From assembly GCA_051362555.1 (NCBI GenBank), contig CM120641.1:35408401-35472400 (forward strand): a DNA stretch of 64,000 bases. Direction: 5' to 3'. Below, piece by piece: positions 40,603-57,200 of this stretch; within the stretch, counting starts at the first letter, position 1; each line of letters starts with the position of its first letter. The translations under genes were made by a program, and so were the position numbers. Source of the stretch: Lingula anatina. Lineage: Eukaryota; Animalia; Brachiopoda. The notes beneath the pieces were generated by a model, which searched no databases, was not told where the DNA came from, and saw only the letters and a list, made by a program, of their open reading frames with translations.

Positions 40603-43075
40603 GAATAATTGAAAATATATAGGAATTATAGGAGACTAACTCGACATTTAAATCTTCATAGGATTCCTATAAATAAGTGTGAATTATAGGCCAGCCAAAG
40701 GGGCACTTGGAGGCCTGAAAATATTGAAAATTTACAAATACTTTCCTAAAAATGTCATTAGCCTCTTCCTTCTCCACTCCCGAAAAATAGGCAGGACCTG
40801 TTAATCATATCAAATTTTATTCAGATTTATCATTAAAGATGCATTCAAAGTCAAATTTTTGGCCACAATGCCCTATCAAATGCTATCATATAGTTTCAAA
40901 ACTATAACCTAAAGAAATACATTTCATACAGTTTTCGAAAAATGAACAGATATTTTTGCTTTCTTTCTGTGCTATATATAATCTTCGGTCGTTTTTGACA
41001 ACTTATTTGGATCAGTATCCGCGAATACTACTTGCAGTATTTTCTGATCAGTTTTTCATTCGAAACTCAAACAAGATCCTGAAAATAAACTCTCTTTCTA
41101 AGCACTGCACAAGTGCTTATTAGATCACTACATCCGTTCTCGCACTTTTTCTTTCTGGTTGAAAATGCTTGTAAGTTACAAGTACTGGCACATGTGGCTC
41201 TGAAAGTTAACTGCCCAATTTTCACGAAAATTCATTCTGTCTTCCCAAAACTTCAAGTCTGTAATAAAAGCAAACAGCTTAAGACTAAATATGTTTCCTA
41301 CCATTAAATGGCTCATTATGATTATCCATCAAGTTTCATAGCCGTTTTTCTTTTCAATCTGCGTAGAATTTCTGGGAAGCAGTTGCCGGTGACATCCTGT
41401 TCACGGAAGAAACTATATCACACCACATGATCGTAAAGGTATTATTAGATAATCAACAGAGAATTAAGCGGTATTGTCTTAACAACAAGTTAAACTATTA
41501 AAGGTTGTGTCACAACCCTGCGCTAAATTCAAGTTAAGGGCTCGAAATCAAGACATATCAGTGAAAATCTAGTGAAAAATCAATCTGTGACCCTGGTAGA
41601 CAGCACAGTGTACATTTGCTATATCAACAGTTACTGGCTGCAATGTTGCATGACGTTTATTTACACTGTTATTAACGATTTCTGATATGTACATTGCATG
41701 TGAGAGGGAGTCCGCCATCATTGCACTGGCCAGATTAATCCAAAAAGCCTCTGATGAAAGACTGGCTTCTCTCATCTTTCATTCTTAATTACATGTACAT
41801 AGTTATTGTGTTGTAGTTTCGTGCAAACTATTGTGAAATTATTCTAAATTATGTAGTTATATCTATATGTACATTTTCGTAGAAAATTAATGAATAAAAA
41901 AGAATAAATAAATAAAAAGAGACATGCATCAACCCCGACCTCGAGTTTCACGGGCATACAAAGAAGGTATGCCCGATCGTCAGGAGGTGTCTTGTTTTTG
42001 TTATTAATTTATTAATTTTAATTGTGCATAAATGCTCCGGACAGATGAGCACTCTGTACCAAACTCACGCTTGTTATATATATATATATATATATATATT
42101 CAGTTCTTAAACAAGAAGTGCTAACACATACTATATGAAGGCTAATGTCTTCCTGTTAGAAGCCAAGAGTCCTAAGAAGCATATAATAGTACCACTAGCC
42201 CGACTACATGTACTTAGCACCACTACCATAATCAGCGCAAACCTAAGAATTTACATGACGAAAAATTAAAAGGATGAGTGCCAATAAGAGGGTAAAAGTG
42301 CCCACCTCTGTATATGAAAAATAAATTGTGAATGAATGGAAAAAAAACTGATGCCAAATTAAAGTTGGGATCTTACACTTTTATGATCCACTTAAAAATT
42401 TTTTTTTTGCATTTGAAATATAAAAAATTAAGGTCAAAGTGACCTTGTCAAATATTCATGAAAATGTGTGTTTTAGGGGGGTTCTGAAGTACAATGCTAC
42501 ATATGTATAGTAATAGTAAGCTAATCATTGTTTGACAACTGTGAAATTTTGTTATCTGGTACAGAAGATGCCCGTGTAAAAAAGAAAGACAATAAGTGGC
42601 CAATCATTGTTTGTGATAAATATTTTGTTTGCTTTATTCGTACCTGTAGTGCTGATTGAAGGAAGAATCTCACAGTGACTTGAGGATAAAAGATGTTCGT
42701 TTTTTATATGAGTCCCTGCCTCAGACAAGCTCATTATTCACGGTTGAAAAGTCATGAATATAAGGTGAGATATATATGAAAATCAGCTTGTCTGAGGGTT
42801 GGGCTTGATATGTACTCAAACTAAACAGGGACATTTTCAGTCCATATGCTAGCAGTCGGCCATGTTTATTCCTGCCATGAGGTAGCTGCTACATGCTTAC
42901 ATAGGATGGCTAGGCAGATAAAGTAGAGTTTTTGTAGAGTTTTTTTATTTTCTTTTTTTGTAGTTTTTTTCTTTTTTATCACCAAAATGCTATGAATGGC
43001 TTTATTTGACAAGAGGATCAATGAAAACCTATTGACCTGTCCAAACAAGAGACCAACAGCCTATAATAATTACCA

Positions 43076-43463
43076 GAAGTTTACCAGATAAAGCAAGCTA
43101 GCCAATATATTGATGAGCATCTGCTAGATGGCCAGTTTGAAATCAGTGTATGCAAGTATGCACCTGATAATTAATCAGAGCCAAAATAGTTAATTCAGGC
43201 ACACATCTAGCCACCAGTAGGGGCCTACACATTATGGATTCAGACCTCCCGTAGCAAAACTAGACCTATCAATGGCTGGTACTGCCAGTGTAAAGCAGGT
43301 TCCGAGACAGTTAGAAGTTGTGCACATCCTGTGGTATATGGGGTTTGCCATGAGGCAGGGATACAATCGAAAATTATGTTGTGGAGAAGGCTGTTTGGAT
43401 GCCTCACATTTACCAACATCAAGTAGTGAGACAGAAAGTGTTTCGGACAGCACATCTGATTAA
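43076..43463 (+). pseudogene. Frameshifted fragment of a SWIM-zinc-finger protein, probably a DNA transposase C-terminus
   Basis: Across frames it reads VYQIKQASQYIDEH...LIRAKI..RH...INGWYCQCKAGSETVRSCAH / ILWYMGFA, a CxC-n-CxH pattern. The transposon assignment comes from recalled family motifs. Confidence 0.6.
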
Positions 43464-45314
43464 TTATCTATTGTTTCTTATACATTTTTTATTCTCATAT
43501 TTGTATATTTTGTATAAATGACTCTGGTGTAGCATTCTATACAGGTGATTTTACGTGATTTATTTCTTTGTCATACAGATTATTGGCCATAACTGTTATC
43601 ATGTGTACTATATTTTCATTCAGTTTTTACTTTTATCTTATCATTATTTTGGTACAATTTATACCTTGTTTATTTTATGGTTAATGGAAACATTCTAAAT
43701 CGCTGTTTAGAATGCTTTTACACATGATTTTTTTGTTGTTACTGTAACAGCCTTTTGCTTTTAGCATTTTTTACTATTCCTTAGAGCCTTGTACAAAATG
43801 TGTTTTGGTTAACTATACAATTCTTTAGACCAAAAAATGCTGGCCTGTGAGAAAAGTTATATAAAATTAATAAATACGCTGAAACAAGTTTTCCTAGTTA
43901 CAAGATTTTTATACAGTAAAGTGAAATCAGTGATGGCTTCTGTGAGAAAATATCATAATACACCACCCCCTCTCTTCTCTAGGATTAAAAAAAATAATAA
44001 CAAATACTTTCCTATTTACTTGTGCCACACCACAAGTATTTAACATATAACTCTTTTTTACAGCACAAGGCAAGTTTCATTAGAAAAAATCATTAATGTA
44101 ATATTTATGCTGAAACAAGTTGCTCTGATTCATTAGACTGCATACAACAGGTAAATCTGGCTACCCCCCCCCCCCCCCCCCCCACACACACACATATAAC
44201 TCATTAAAAATACTAAGTTACGATGCCTCAAACCAAATAATATTTTTTCACGCAACAAATATATGCATAAACTTTATAACAGAAAATTATTTTTAAAATT
44301 TGACGATGGACACTTTACCAATGGTTATCTGCACTCATCCTTTTCAGAAAGACTAAATAACTTCTAGCGATTCAGTGCAGAAGTCGAAGTCTAACCTGTC
44401 CCTTAGCAAAATATCAGGCCTGTTGCAAATTTGCAACGAATTTGTCGCAATATTGCTTGCTGCAAACTGCAATCCCTTCTTGCAAATTTGCAGCAAACAT
44501 GCTGCAATGTGTGAATTAGCAGCAATAATTCTTTTCTTGCAAATTCCTCCAAACTCGTTGCCGCAAGCTTTAAGAAATCATTTCCAGTAGTCTTTGTATT
44601 GTGTTTTGTGTCATATTTGTCTCACAGAGTGGTGACAATGTTTAAGTGACCAGCCTTATTGAAGTGAATGTGAGCCAATCGCTTGCTTTACTGTATGTGG
44701 GCCTACGACGTTTTTATCATTGCAAAAAGTTTTGATGCTGTCTCGCCTATTCAGTAAGCAATGCTTTCTTCCCATTTAATTAAGGGCACGCTGTGATTGG
44801 TTGTTGCTTTAGATTGTAGCAACAGTAACAATAACTGTAAAATAAATGACAGTAATTTGAAAGTGGGTAAAGTATATTAAGGGGCTGATTACTCGAATTG
44901 CGCATTGCAGAGAAACATCTCAGAAGCGTTTTTTGGCGATGCAGAGATTCTAAACGGGGAGATAGTCCAGGGCACACTTCATCACACTTATGCTAAATGC
45001 TCATGCATAACCTGTAAAAAGGAATAATCCTCTTGTTGACAAATACTGAAGGTAAGTTGATTTCTGATTCTCTTGAGACGTGTTCAATTGTTGCAAACAT
45101 TCGTACAAAGAAAGAACCCAAGATTTAGACCCCTGTCATAATTCACTTTTGTCCATAAGGTCTGACCGGTAAATATGTTTACAAATGAGCACGCTATTCC
45201 ATTTTTGCGAGTGTAAAATATTAGGACTGTTATGAACTCCAAAGGTACCAAAGTAATTACTTTTGGGTCAGTTTACTTCATATTCCTCGCCGATATGCCA
45301 TGGTTTGAACATTT

Positions 45315-45561
45315 AGACTGGGTTTCCATACTTAGATCGATCCAACTCGATCGACCTAACTCCCTGGGGGTTCACGCTAAATCGCTATCAGCTCAAGAGG
45401 CTTAAATGTCTGTCACGCCTACCGAATCAGCTAGGGTAAAGATAATTATCCCCTAACAGTTTTACTAGGCGTGACAGACGTTTAAGTCGGTTAGTTTGAT
45501 AGCAATTTAGTGAGACTCCCCAGGGAGATAGATCGATCCAAATATCTGTGGGAATGGTCCC
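45315..45561. mobile_element. ~250 bp dispersed repeat, copy 2 (inverted relative to 14043-14292)
   Basis: Reverse-complement similarity along the whole length. Confidence 0.8.
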
Positions 45562-47194
45562 ATAGACTGGAACCTTTTTTTCCTATTTATGTGGTGAGCC
45601 AATAGGAGCAGTCTCCTGTGACCTTTACATTTACTATCGAAGAAAAGCTTGAAGATCGCGAGGGAGTACTGCTAAGCAGCCAATCCAGTCCGCTTAAAAA
45701 CCTCAAAAAACCCTTAATGCCAGCAATATTGGTTAGAAGATATAAATTGTTACGAAAGGTTTAAGAGTTATGCTTTTCATTGTCGACTTACGAAAATTTG
45801 GCACATTTAGTGTGGTTAACGGCCTTCAATATTTATTAAATTATTTTAGCAAAATCTATTAACAGAAATTACATTCGTGAAAAAAAAGAATTAAATGGTT
45901 TGAACTAATATTGAGGGATACCTTATAGACTACTTCATTGACCCTAAACCATACCGACCATATAACTATGACTGAGTGTTCAGGATTTTCACAGAGCCAT
46001 GGAAAGAGTGTCCGAGATTGTAGCTTTTATACTATGGTTACTGTGCTGAGACGTTATTTTGTGTGCTTTTGCTCCATTTTCTGGTGGACATTCTGCTTAA
46101 TGGTGTTCTTTAGTCGCATTGCTTCTAGTTTGCAGCTATTTAATTTGTCCGAACCATAGGCACGTTACAATAATCATTTACCTAAACTAGTTCAGTTCCT
46201 TCAAAGGTGACATATATGATAAGCAAAACATGCTTGCAACTTTTCACAACATTTTCGTTTTAACTTTTTGTACATAAAGGACCGTGTTTATTGTTTCTAC
46301 TTGTGAAAAATAGTTTTGAAAATATGAACGTCTGTGATACAGGCTACGTAAAACACAGAGGTTAATGACTACACATGACTGTCTAGAAATCCCTTGCCAT
46401 GTAATTTAAGCCAATGAATGAATATTTACAGACGTGTCAAAACAGTTGCTTCAATGTCTGCTGGAAACAAAGTGTTTCAATGTCTATTTCAAAGCACTAG
46501 CGACCAATATACAAGACAATTGCTAAAAAAATGTTAGATCTATTGCATTGAATTCAGTATTTTATAATTTTGTATATTATCTCATTTAAGGCCTGGGCAA
46601 TGGCTCGCATGAGAGTTAAGTCCCATGGGAGTACTTCATATCATACCAATAGCAGGAGGATATGGCAGATTCTCAATCCATGCAACCTCCTCCCCCAAAT
46701 ATTCCCTGTTCCCCATTTCATGGCTGCATTATATATTTCGAAAGTCAATGCTATATTTAGGAATTTAATTTTTTGTCTTCAAACATAATGTTTATGAATC
46801 ACAGAAAAGGCTATTTTGAAACTCTATTTCGCCCCTTGTACGAAAAAGCGTGTGTGTGCATTCGTGCGTGTGTCGTTTGTGTGTTGTAACTGTGTGCCAA
46901 TTGCCATTAATTTATGAAAAAATCATTTCTGCAAAACTTCTCAAGATTTTAATAATTACTTTATAACATTACACTATTACAATGGCAGATCTAGAGCATT
47001 AGAAAAGAGGTTAACATTGTACGAGATAAAGGATTTTCTCCACACAGCTGTATATCCATTTCCCCCACTGAAGGATATTACAATATTATTGTTTCTGTGA
47101 TCTTCTGTCAAATGCAAGCGTCGTTTTAGTAAGTCAATTGGGCAAATAACAGATTGTTTTATTTTAGGACACAAGTATTATTGGATAAGTCACC

Positions 47195-48805
47195 ATGGCA
47201 AGTGACGCTGACCAGGCGATTCCAACAGTTGCTAGCACCGAGTTATACGCATCCATCTCGTTGCTTGCCGTCGTTGCCATCTTGGGAACTTTGGGGAACA
47301 TCCTCGTATGCATCATTTATTTGAAAAAGCCGAAAAGACAGAGAGGTCGACAGCACACGAGACCAATTACCACCGTCTTTATTTTGACACTTGCATACAT
47401 TGACCTCTTCGTGTGCACGGTGATTGTTCCAAGTACCATTGTCATAGAATGGCTCGAGTTCAAAATTGACTCCGATATTACTTGTAAAGTGTATCACATG
47501 TTGCTGGCTTCTACTGTGCCTGCCAGTGCTCTTGTAATGGGAGCTATTGCCGTTGACAGATGTTTGCTAATTTACTTCCCTGGGAAGTACCAACCGACCA
47601 CAAAAGTGATGAAGATGACATGCTTTGGTTTGGTTTGTTTGGCATTAACGCTCGGTATAATCGCATCGCTCTGCTACGGGGTTACTGAGAGAAGCAACGA
47701 AACAGAAAGACAAGCACCATCACCTCTTACACTAGAATCCGAGGAATTTGCCGTTGTACCTGGAAACAACGATTTTGTTTCGGTCTCTACTACACGTAAT
47801 ACAACTTTGCCATCGTTTACAAGGAACACCCCAAATTACCCAGGCCCCGAAAATGAGCAAAACGTTACACTAAATGTATCCATTGGAGGACAATGTTCTC
47901 GGGTCAACACTATCTTAAGCTTTGACTTTCAAAGAGTGTATAGGGCAGTCCACGGTAGTGTGTTCATCATTTCCTTTGTCGTAATCAGCGTGGCGTATGC
48001 AGCGTTTTTCATCAGAAAGCACAGCTATAACAGAAAACGCGCGGAGCGTGTTGGCGGTCGTCGGGTCCGTGCTTTGTATGCGACAATGCACCGAAGAAAA
48101 GATCGCGCTGTTCACCGTGTTGGGTCTGTTTCAATCGACCAATATCTACCGAGGGAGCACACTGAAAGTACATCCGATGGTAGGTCAGATATTTCTAATC
48201 AGGTGGAAACAAGTGACTCAACTGAGACCGAAAATTCGGTTCACAGTCACGAAGGAGACACAAGTATCAGCAGTGACACCAGCGTTGTCTGGTACAGACG
48301 GGAAGATTTCAAGGAAAGCATGGCATGCAACACGGATACAAACAGCCATCGGCAATTCAAAGAAACAGACCAGGGCCAAGAGGGTTTGCAGCAAAATTGT
48401 ACTTATGGTGCAAACGAGTCGGCTGACCAGTCCCTTGTGAAAATGACTACTAGATCTACTAACAAGAGGCTTCATTCTCCATCGTTAATAGAGAGCCAAC
48501 AAAGTGATACCGTTTTTGTTGCAACACATGACATGGGGAACGTCGACAGAGAAGACTCGGTGCAAGCAAAGGAACTCATTCAGAAGATCCTCGTGAAGTA
48601 TGACATGAGGAGTGCTTCTATGCTATCTGTTGTCATCCTTGTATTTATACTGACTTACATTCCAGCGACGCTGATGACGTACCAGATTGTTCCATTCAAT
48701 CTCGTTATTTTCTATCTTTATTTCGTCAATAACATGATCAATCCACTAATTTATTCCATATTCAGTAAGCAAACAAGGAAAGCGTTGAAGAAATTATTTT
48801 CCTAA
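47195..48805 (+). CDS. Intronless class A (rhodopsin-like) orphan GPCR, 536 aa
   Basis: Seven hydrophobic segments with class A motifs: TM1 GN, TM2 LAxxD (LAYID), TM3 Cys and AVDRC (DRY variant), TM6 TYIP, TM7 NPLIY. Long ECL2 and ICL3. ATG context is caccATGG. Confidence 0.93.
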   Translation: MASDADQAIPTVASTELYASISLLAVVAILGTLGNILVCIIYLKKPKRQRGRQHTRPITTVFILTLAYIDLFVCTVIVPSTIVIEWLEFKIDSDITCKVYHMLLASTVPASALVMGAIAVDRCLLIYFPGKYQPTTKVMKMTCFGLVCLALTLGIIASLCYGVTERSNETERQAPSPLTLESEEFAVVPGNNDFVSVSTTRNTTLPSFTRNTPNYPGPENEQNVTLNVSIGGQCSRVNTILSFDFQRVYRAVHGSVFIISFVVISVAYAAFFIRKHSYNRKRAERVGGRRVRALYATMHRRKDRAVHRVGSVSIDQYLPREHTESTSDGRSDISNQVETSDSTETENSVHSHEGDTSISSDTSVVWYRREDFKESMACNTDTNSHRQFKETDQGQEGLQQNCTYGANESADQSLVKMTTRSTNKRLHSPSLIESQQSDTVFVATHDMGNVDREDSVQAKELIQKILVKYDMRSASMLSVVILVFILTYIPATLMTYQIVPFNLVIFYLYFVNNMINPLIYSIFSKQTRKALKKLFS

Positions 48806-50552
48806 ATACTGAATATGACATTAAAATTTGATATATTATATGGCTCATTTTTTAGTTCAAAGTTAGCCTTGTCAGCTGTGATGACATATGGTCCCACATA
48901 CATAGTTTAGAAAGGTTCGCTTGCAACTTAGCAGTTTAAAGTACATTCCATGTAATATTAGAATTAACTTTGTAAGCATTATATTTGTAAATATTGTAAT
49001 TTTGATAACAGATTAAACTGCTTAGTTTGGTCCGTTTTACTTTAGTGTAAAAACGACGTGTAACTTTGTATGATTGTCATATCAGTATTTAAATCCCGTT
49101 TCAGTCTACTTCGGTCTGCACCGTAGCTTTGTACATAACGTTCTTCACGAATGTTACTATTTTCTTTGACTTCCTTTTTGTTGTTGTTGATGACGTCTTG
49201 TTCTTTGCTCAAATGATATGAGGCATATCGCCCATACAACTGTAACTAACTTTAATAAATTTTTTGTTGTAAAGTTACGCAAACTAGTTCCTTGGGGGTA
49301 ACTGCGGTCATTTTATTAATCGTGACAATGGTCCTCTGACGGTGTTTTTGCTAGGTAGGTCGAACCACAAGATTTTGCGCATTCGGTTGCTTCTTTTTTT
49401 ATGTATTGACATTCTACATAAAGTCAACACCTGTGCACTTTCATATTCATCAGTTTTGTAAGTTTGAAGACAAAAGGTCAAACGGTGGTCCACCTATCGC
49501 ATTATCTCTAGAGTACACGGCAACGACAGGTGATGGGACGTAAAACACTTTTAGAGCACAAAATCTTTTTGTTGCCTTTACCGACACCCCTCGGGCTTTT
49601 GCACACAGGTTGGCCAAGCGTTAATAGCCAATTCGCCGCTTTAAAAATGGGAGATAGTGATCGGCTTCGGACATTTCTCCGTAACCAAGTAGGATATTAT
49701 CATGAAAACTGGCGCCTTTGGACGACTACGATGTGAACTACAACCTGGGATACGAACCCCTTATTACCATGTTCCATTAAAGGCCACATTACGGCTCTTT
49801 GCTTTAAAAAAAATCAAGCAAATCTTTGGGAACGACTTGTAGTACGTATCGTTGGCTGTTCAAGCTTAAAATCGAAATTGCAGTTCAAAAACGCTGCTGT
49901 TGCGTCATCAGCTCGTGTTGATAAACTCACCCCAATGTACTTTTGATGAAACAATTTCTCATAACAGGACGTTTATTTCCCCGTTATCTAAGTGAATAAG
50001 TAGAAAATTCTTACGTATCAACCCCTCGATTCCGTGATTGTTCCATCCAGTAAAGAACACGGAAGCACGTTGTTAAAAGAACAGATGCACCCGTCACGGC
50101 CGTTTCACTAACCGCAAAGGTCAACGGTTAATATCCACGGGGACAGGAAGTGTCAGTTTCAAAATACAATTTTGTGTTATATTAGGTGGAAAATTCACAA
50201 AGAGAGACAGAAGTTCCGAAAAAATGGCCTGAACGTGAACACGGCGATTGGTGCCAGATGTGTCCAGACACAAGAATCATCCTGTCATAAGATGTTGATG
50301 GAATTTTAGGGAACTACGATACTACTGTTCCACCATTTATAGTTACGTGAAAGGGTTAAAACATTGCTTAGTTCAAACCTAAAGCAGCAAACTTATCAGT
50401 TACTCCAAGTAGGTCATAAAACAGACAAGTAATCCACTTGATGAATTTATTTTGTATACAAACTTCACCACTTTTTGTTAACTTAGTGATTTTAGTTAAT
50501 GTCCTTTCGATTCTCACTTTTCTAATAGTTGATGTTGCATTTTTTTCTGTCT

Positions 50553-53449
<2,897 letters not shown>

Positions 53450-53789
53450 TGTGGCAGGGGTGGCTTCTGAAAGAATATATATATAAATAAATAAATTAAT
53501 TAAAATAAACACAATGAACAGAATCATAACTGCGACTAACAGTAGGCAAGACACCAGAACTTTTCTTTCTTTCTTTCATTACAGGCAGACAACCAAGTCG
53601 GTACAAAATGTGGAGCTAGCCCAAACACGAACAATCCATTTAAATACATAGTGGTTCTAAAAATATAATATATACGAATGATTCACGTGGCTTAAAGTGA
53701 ACAAGAGCATATATTTGTATAGAATCCTGCATTAAAAGCGATAAAGGGTCATTATAAAAGGCGATGATCGTGGATTATTTTCCAGTCAC

Positions 53790-53840
53790 CCAACTGAGAA
53801 ACCTACATGCCAATATGGCTGCAAAAAAGGCCGAAAAGTG
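53790..53840 (-). promoter_or_regulatory. Probable TCT/5'TOP transcription start and non-coding first exon of RPS15A
   Basis: The minus strand reads cacttttcggCCTTTTTTgcagccatattgg, followed by GT donor candidates. An acceptor lies just upstream of the ATG (~53468). This is the usual ribosomal protein gene layout. Confidence 0.55.
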
Positions 53841-54281
53841 GTTCGGCAAGGTGAAGGTCAATAAGGTGCGTGAGGTAATGCGAGATTTCCAATAAAGCGC
53901 TTTTTATCTCGTAACATAAGTTGTGTTTATGATCTTGTTATATCCAGAGCATCTGACTTATAGTCCTATGAACAACTTGTTAATTTTAATTGTTATATTG
54001 GTAATAATATGAAGTATTGTACTGCTTCTTTAAACGAGATTTTGCACCTAACAACTTTTGTATACACCGCCATGATGGCTTCTCATGTCAACACACACTC
54101 AGCGTGTAAATATGTAGCGGGCTTGTTGATCGCCAGTTAGCACAGCCATTCTCTAATGGAGTGAGCGAATCCAAAAGAGGATTTCTTACGTTTATATGGT
54201 TAGATATAATTGCCTATACCACTTAATAGCTTTAGATCGCTGCCACTCAATAATTCCTTGACACAGTTCACGTCCTAAGAC

Positions 54282-57200
54282 ATGCCAGGAGTACCAGGAA
54301 TCACAGAGCGGCCTCGCTCTGTAAAGAGTGGCAAGCCGTTGCCTCAAGCTCACACTGTGCAGCACAGATCAGATCTGCTTATGGCGGAACAGGTAAGCTT
54401 TTGTTGTTAAATATTTTAGTTGTATTATTTATACTTAGAATTAAAATTGAATCAAATGTTGTGCTCTACTCAGTACTCAGTAGGCAGCAATAGTTTCCAA
54501 CATAACACAACACAACACAACACAACACAACATAACATAACATAACATAACATAACATTAGAGTGATAATGAATAAAAAAATTGTGCAGCACATTAAATA
54601 GGTTATTCTGAATTTTCCATATGTAGGTTCAGACAGTAAGAGAATGCCAAAGTGCCCTGGAAAAAGCACTGGCCGAGTTTGAAGCTCTCAAATCCCCATC
54701 TGAAACAGAATTGGAATTTCACAAGACAGTGATTGAAGAAATGAAGAGAAAGGCAGAAGAAGCTGTGATGGTGTTACAAGTAATTTTTTTTTTCATTGAA
54801 ATATATAATGAAAGGCAATTGAAATATATCATTGAGTGTGTGATTTGTTCATGGTTTCGTCTACAGTACTGTATGCCAGAGAGTTCCATTTTCCACATCT
54901 TTAATCAAAGACTACTTATTTTACTGAATGGCTCAAATTTCTCAAAGAGTAAAATATTTATTTATTTTGAACTCATTTTCAAGGTTGCCAACAAGTTAAA
55001 CACGGAGCTTGCCTATGCACGCGTAGTGCTGCACAAAACTTTGGATAATGGTGGAGACCCTAATACAATCAGGAAGAGGATTACATGGATGGAAGATAAG
55101 ATGGAAGCACTATGCTGGAAAAAAAGCCCAAGAGTATGTCTATGTTATTTTTACCTATAGATTTGAGAGGTCGTGTTGATGGGAGGAGGGGAGGGGGGGA
55201 TTTCAGAAACAAAGTGAATTACTGTATAGCTTTCCCAAAGTCAGGTCAGCTTTTGTTGGACTAACAGGTATGTGCATAAATTCTGGAAGGTGAAATTCTT
55301 AACAAGTTTTGCGGCAGAGATTAGGGTTTTCTAACCCAAAGCTACTTTTAAAGGTTTACATTTGCCCGTTGGTTATGTGTACCATTTGAATGAAATTGTA
55401 GCCTCACAGCCGCAACCAGGTGTCACCCAGAAAAGAATTCCCTAGCAGTTTTCCATCCACACAAGAACAGAGAAATAGAGAGCATACCAGTGTTGGGAGA
55501 AATGATGCAGGTTATGTCACAGATTACAGCACAGCAAACACAATGGAACCTCGGTCAATGAGTGACACTGACGTTCCTGCACATCTTCCCACGTCCCAGA
55601 GACACAGAGAAGAGACACTTGACTCTATGGATCAAAACAGGAGTACCAAAGCTGTAAGGCATAAATTACCTGCCAAGAAGGAAGTAGGAAGAAAAACCCA
55701 GTTGATAGAGGAGCACAGTGGTGGCCAGGTGCCTCCTGAACAAGTCCTGTCAGTTGGTAAGTCTATTTACCTTTATTTTTTTTGTCTAGTCACTAACTAG
55801 GTACAATAAAGGGAAGTTTGGTGTAAACAGATGATAATTTATGGTGACTGTCCAACACATTTCTTACTTTGGCAAAGCTATAAACTATCTGTTTCTTGAC
55901 TTGCATGATTTATTAAAAGGTCTGAAATTTTTCGAAAATATAGTTTACCAAATTTGTTATTTCAGAAAAACTGAAACCGTCACTCAACATACGTCGTGAG
56001 CAAACTGAACCCCTGTCCCGTCCCAGACCTGAGATGACACAGAGCTCCTTGTATCCTGCTAGTGCCCACACTAAGACGGCAGACCGCCAGATGTCTTTCT
56101 TGTCTTCAGAGCTAAGTGAAGGTAACCTTCACACAGCAGAGCAGATGGACAGGGAAGAAGAAGTTTCCTCTGGACAAAAGGTATGAAGCATGAAAAACAT
56201 TTGTGTGGTTTTGTGGATTTGCAACATTCATTCAAAGAGAAAGTGCTCCATTTTGAATGTGTTGTTATTTAAAGCTCATATTGAATGATGCAATTTTATT
56301 TGAATATACCCCGAAGGCAATTAAAAAAAGTATCAATAATGATTAGTTTTTATATCATATTGGAAATATTGATTGTCCATTTATCCTTGATTTCCCATAC
56401 TTATTCAGCTTATAATAATTATAACACTGTTTTTAGCAAAGGTTAATTAAAGTTATACGTAGTTCATTGTGTTTTGTTGGTCCCAATGATTTTTTTCTCT
56501 CTCTTTCTTCTAGTCCCAACACCAGGAACCAAAAATTACAGTTGACTCTAGGAAAAGGTTTAAGGAGGAGGACCCAAAGGAGTCTGAGAGGGAGGAGTTT
56601 GATGAAGCTGACACCAGGTCGGGAGATGAGGGGGGCGACAGGACACCAGTGACCCCTGTCCAAGTGTTCATGACAGAAACTCAAAGGACACAGCTGGCCT
56701 CCAGGGGGACACAGGGTAGTAGAGTGACCATACAGTCACCTAGCAGAGAGGGAGGAGGTGAGGATGAAGCCTTGGGACGGGGACGGATCCAGAGATATTT
56801 TCTGACAGTCTTCCAAATTATCTTTATTGATCCGTCCTCCATTTTTGACCGTCTTCCAACAGAAAAAAATTAGATACCCGTCAATGTAAACTTGAAAATC
56901 TGACCGTCTTCCGGAAAGACCCAGAAGATGCCCTAAATCCACCCCTGCAGTCTGTGTTTGTATAATGATGATTTATTAAAAGAATACAATCTAAATATTG
57001 AAGTTTTTAAACTTGTATTTTATTGAAAGACATATATATATAATCATTGAATTCATTGTATACATATATTAGAATCAAGTACATAATTTTAGTAGAAATA
57101 CTTGAACTTTAAAGTATACAGTAAATTTCACCAATGTTCAAAGGGAATATCACATAAATTAGGATTTAAAGCATCATACATGAGCCATGGAATTGATTTA

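Larger units (their letters stand above)
38703..40832 (+). repeat. Diverged local direct duplication of a ~650 bp segment (about 38703-39353 and 39923-40832)
   Basis: Collinear shared blocks: gatattacttggtcatatttt, gcgtacatatacaagctataacc, gattaccgatcacaagtagta, aatcttcataggattcctata, gaaaaataggcaggacc. Confidence 0.88.

Noticed and set aside
47243-48475. Antisense and alternate-frame ORFs over the GPCR
   Set aside because: Shadows of the real coding sequence.
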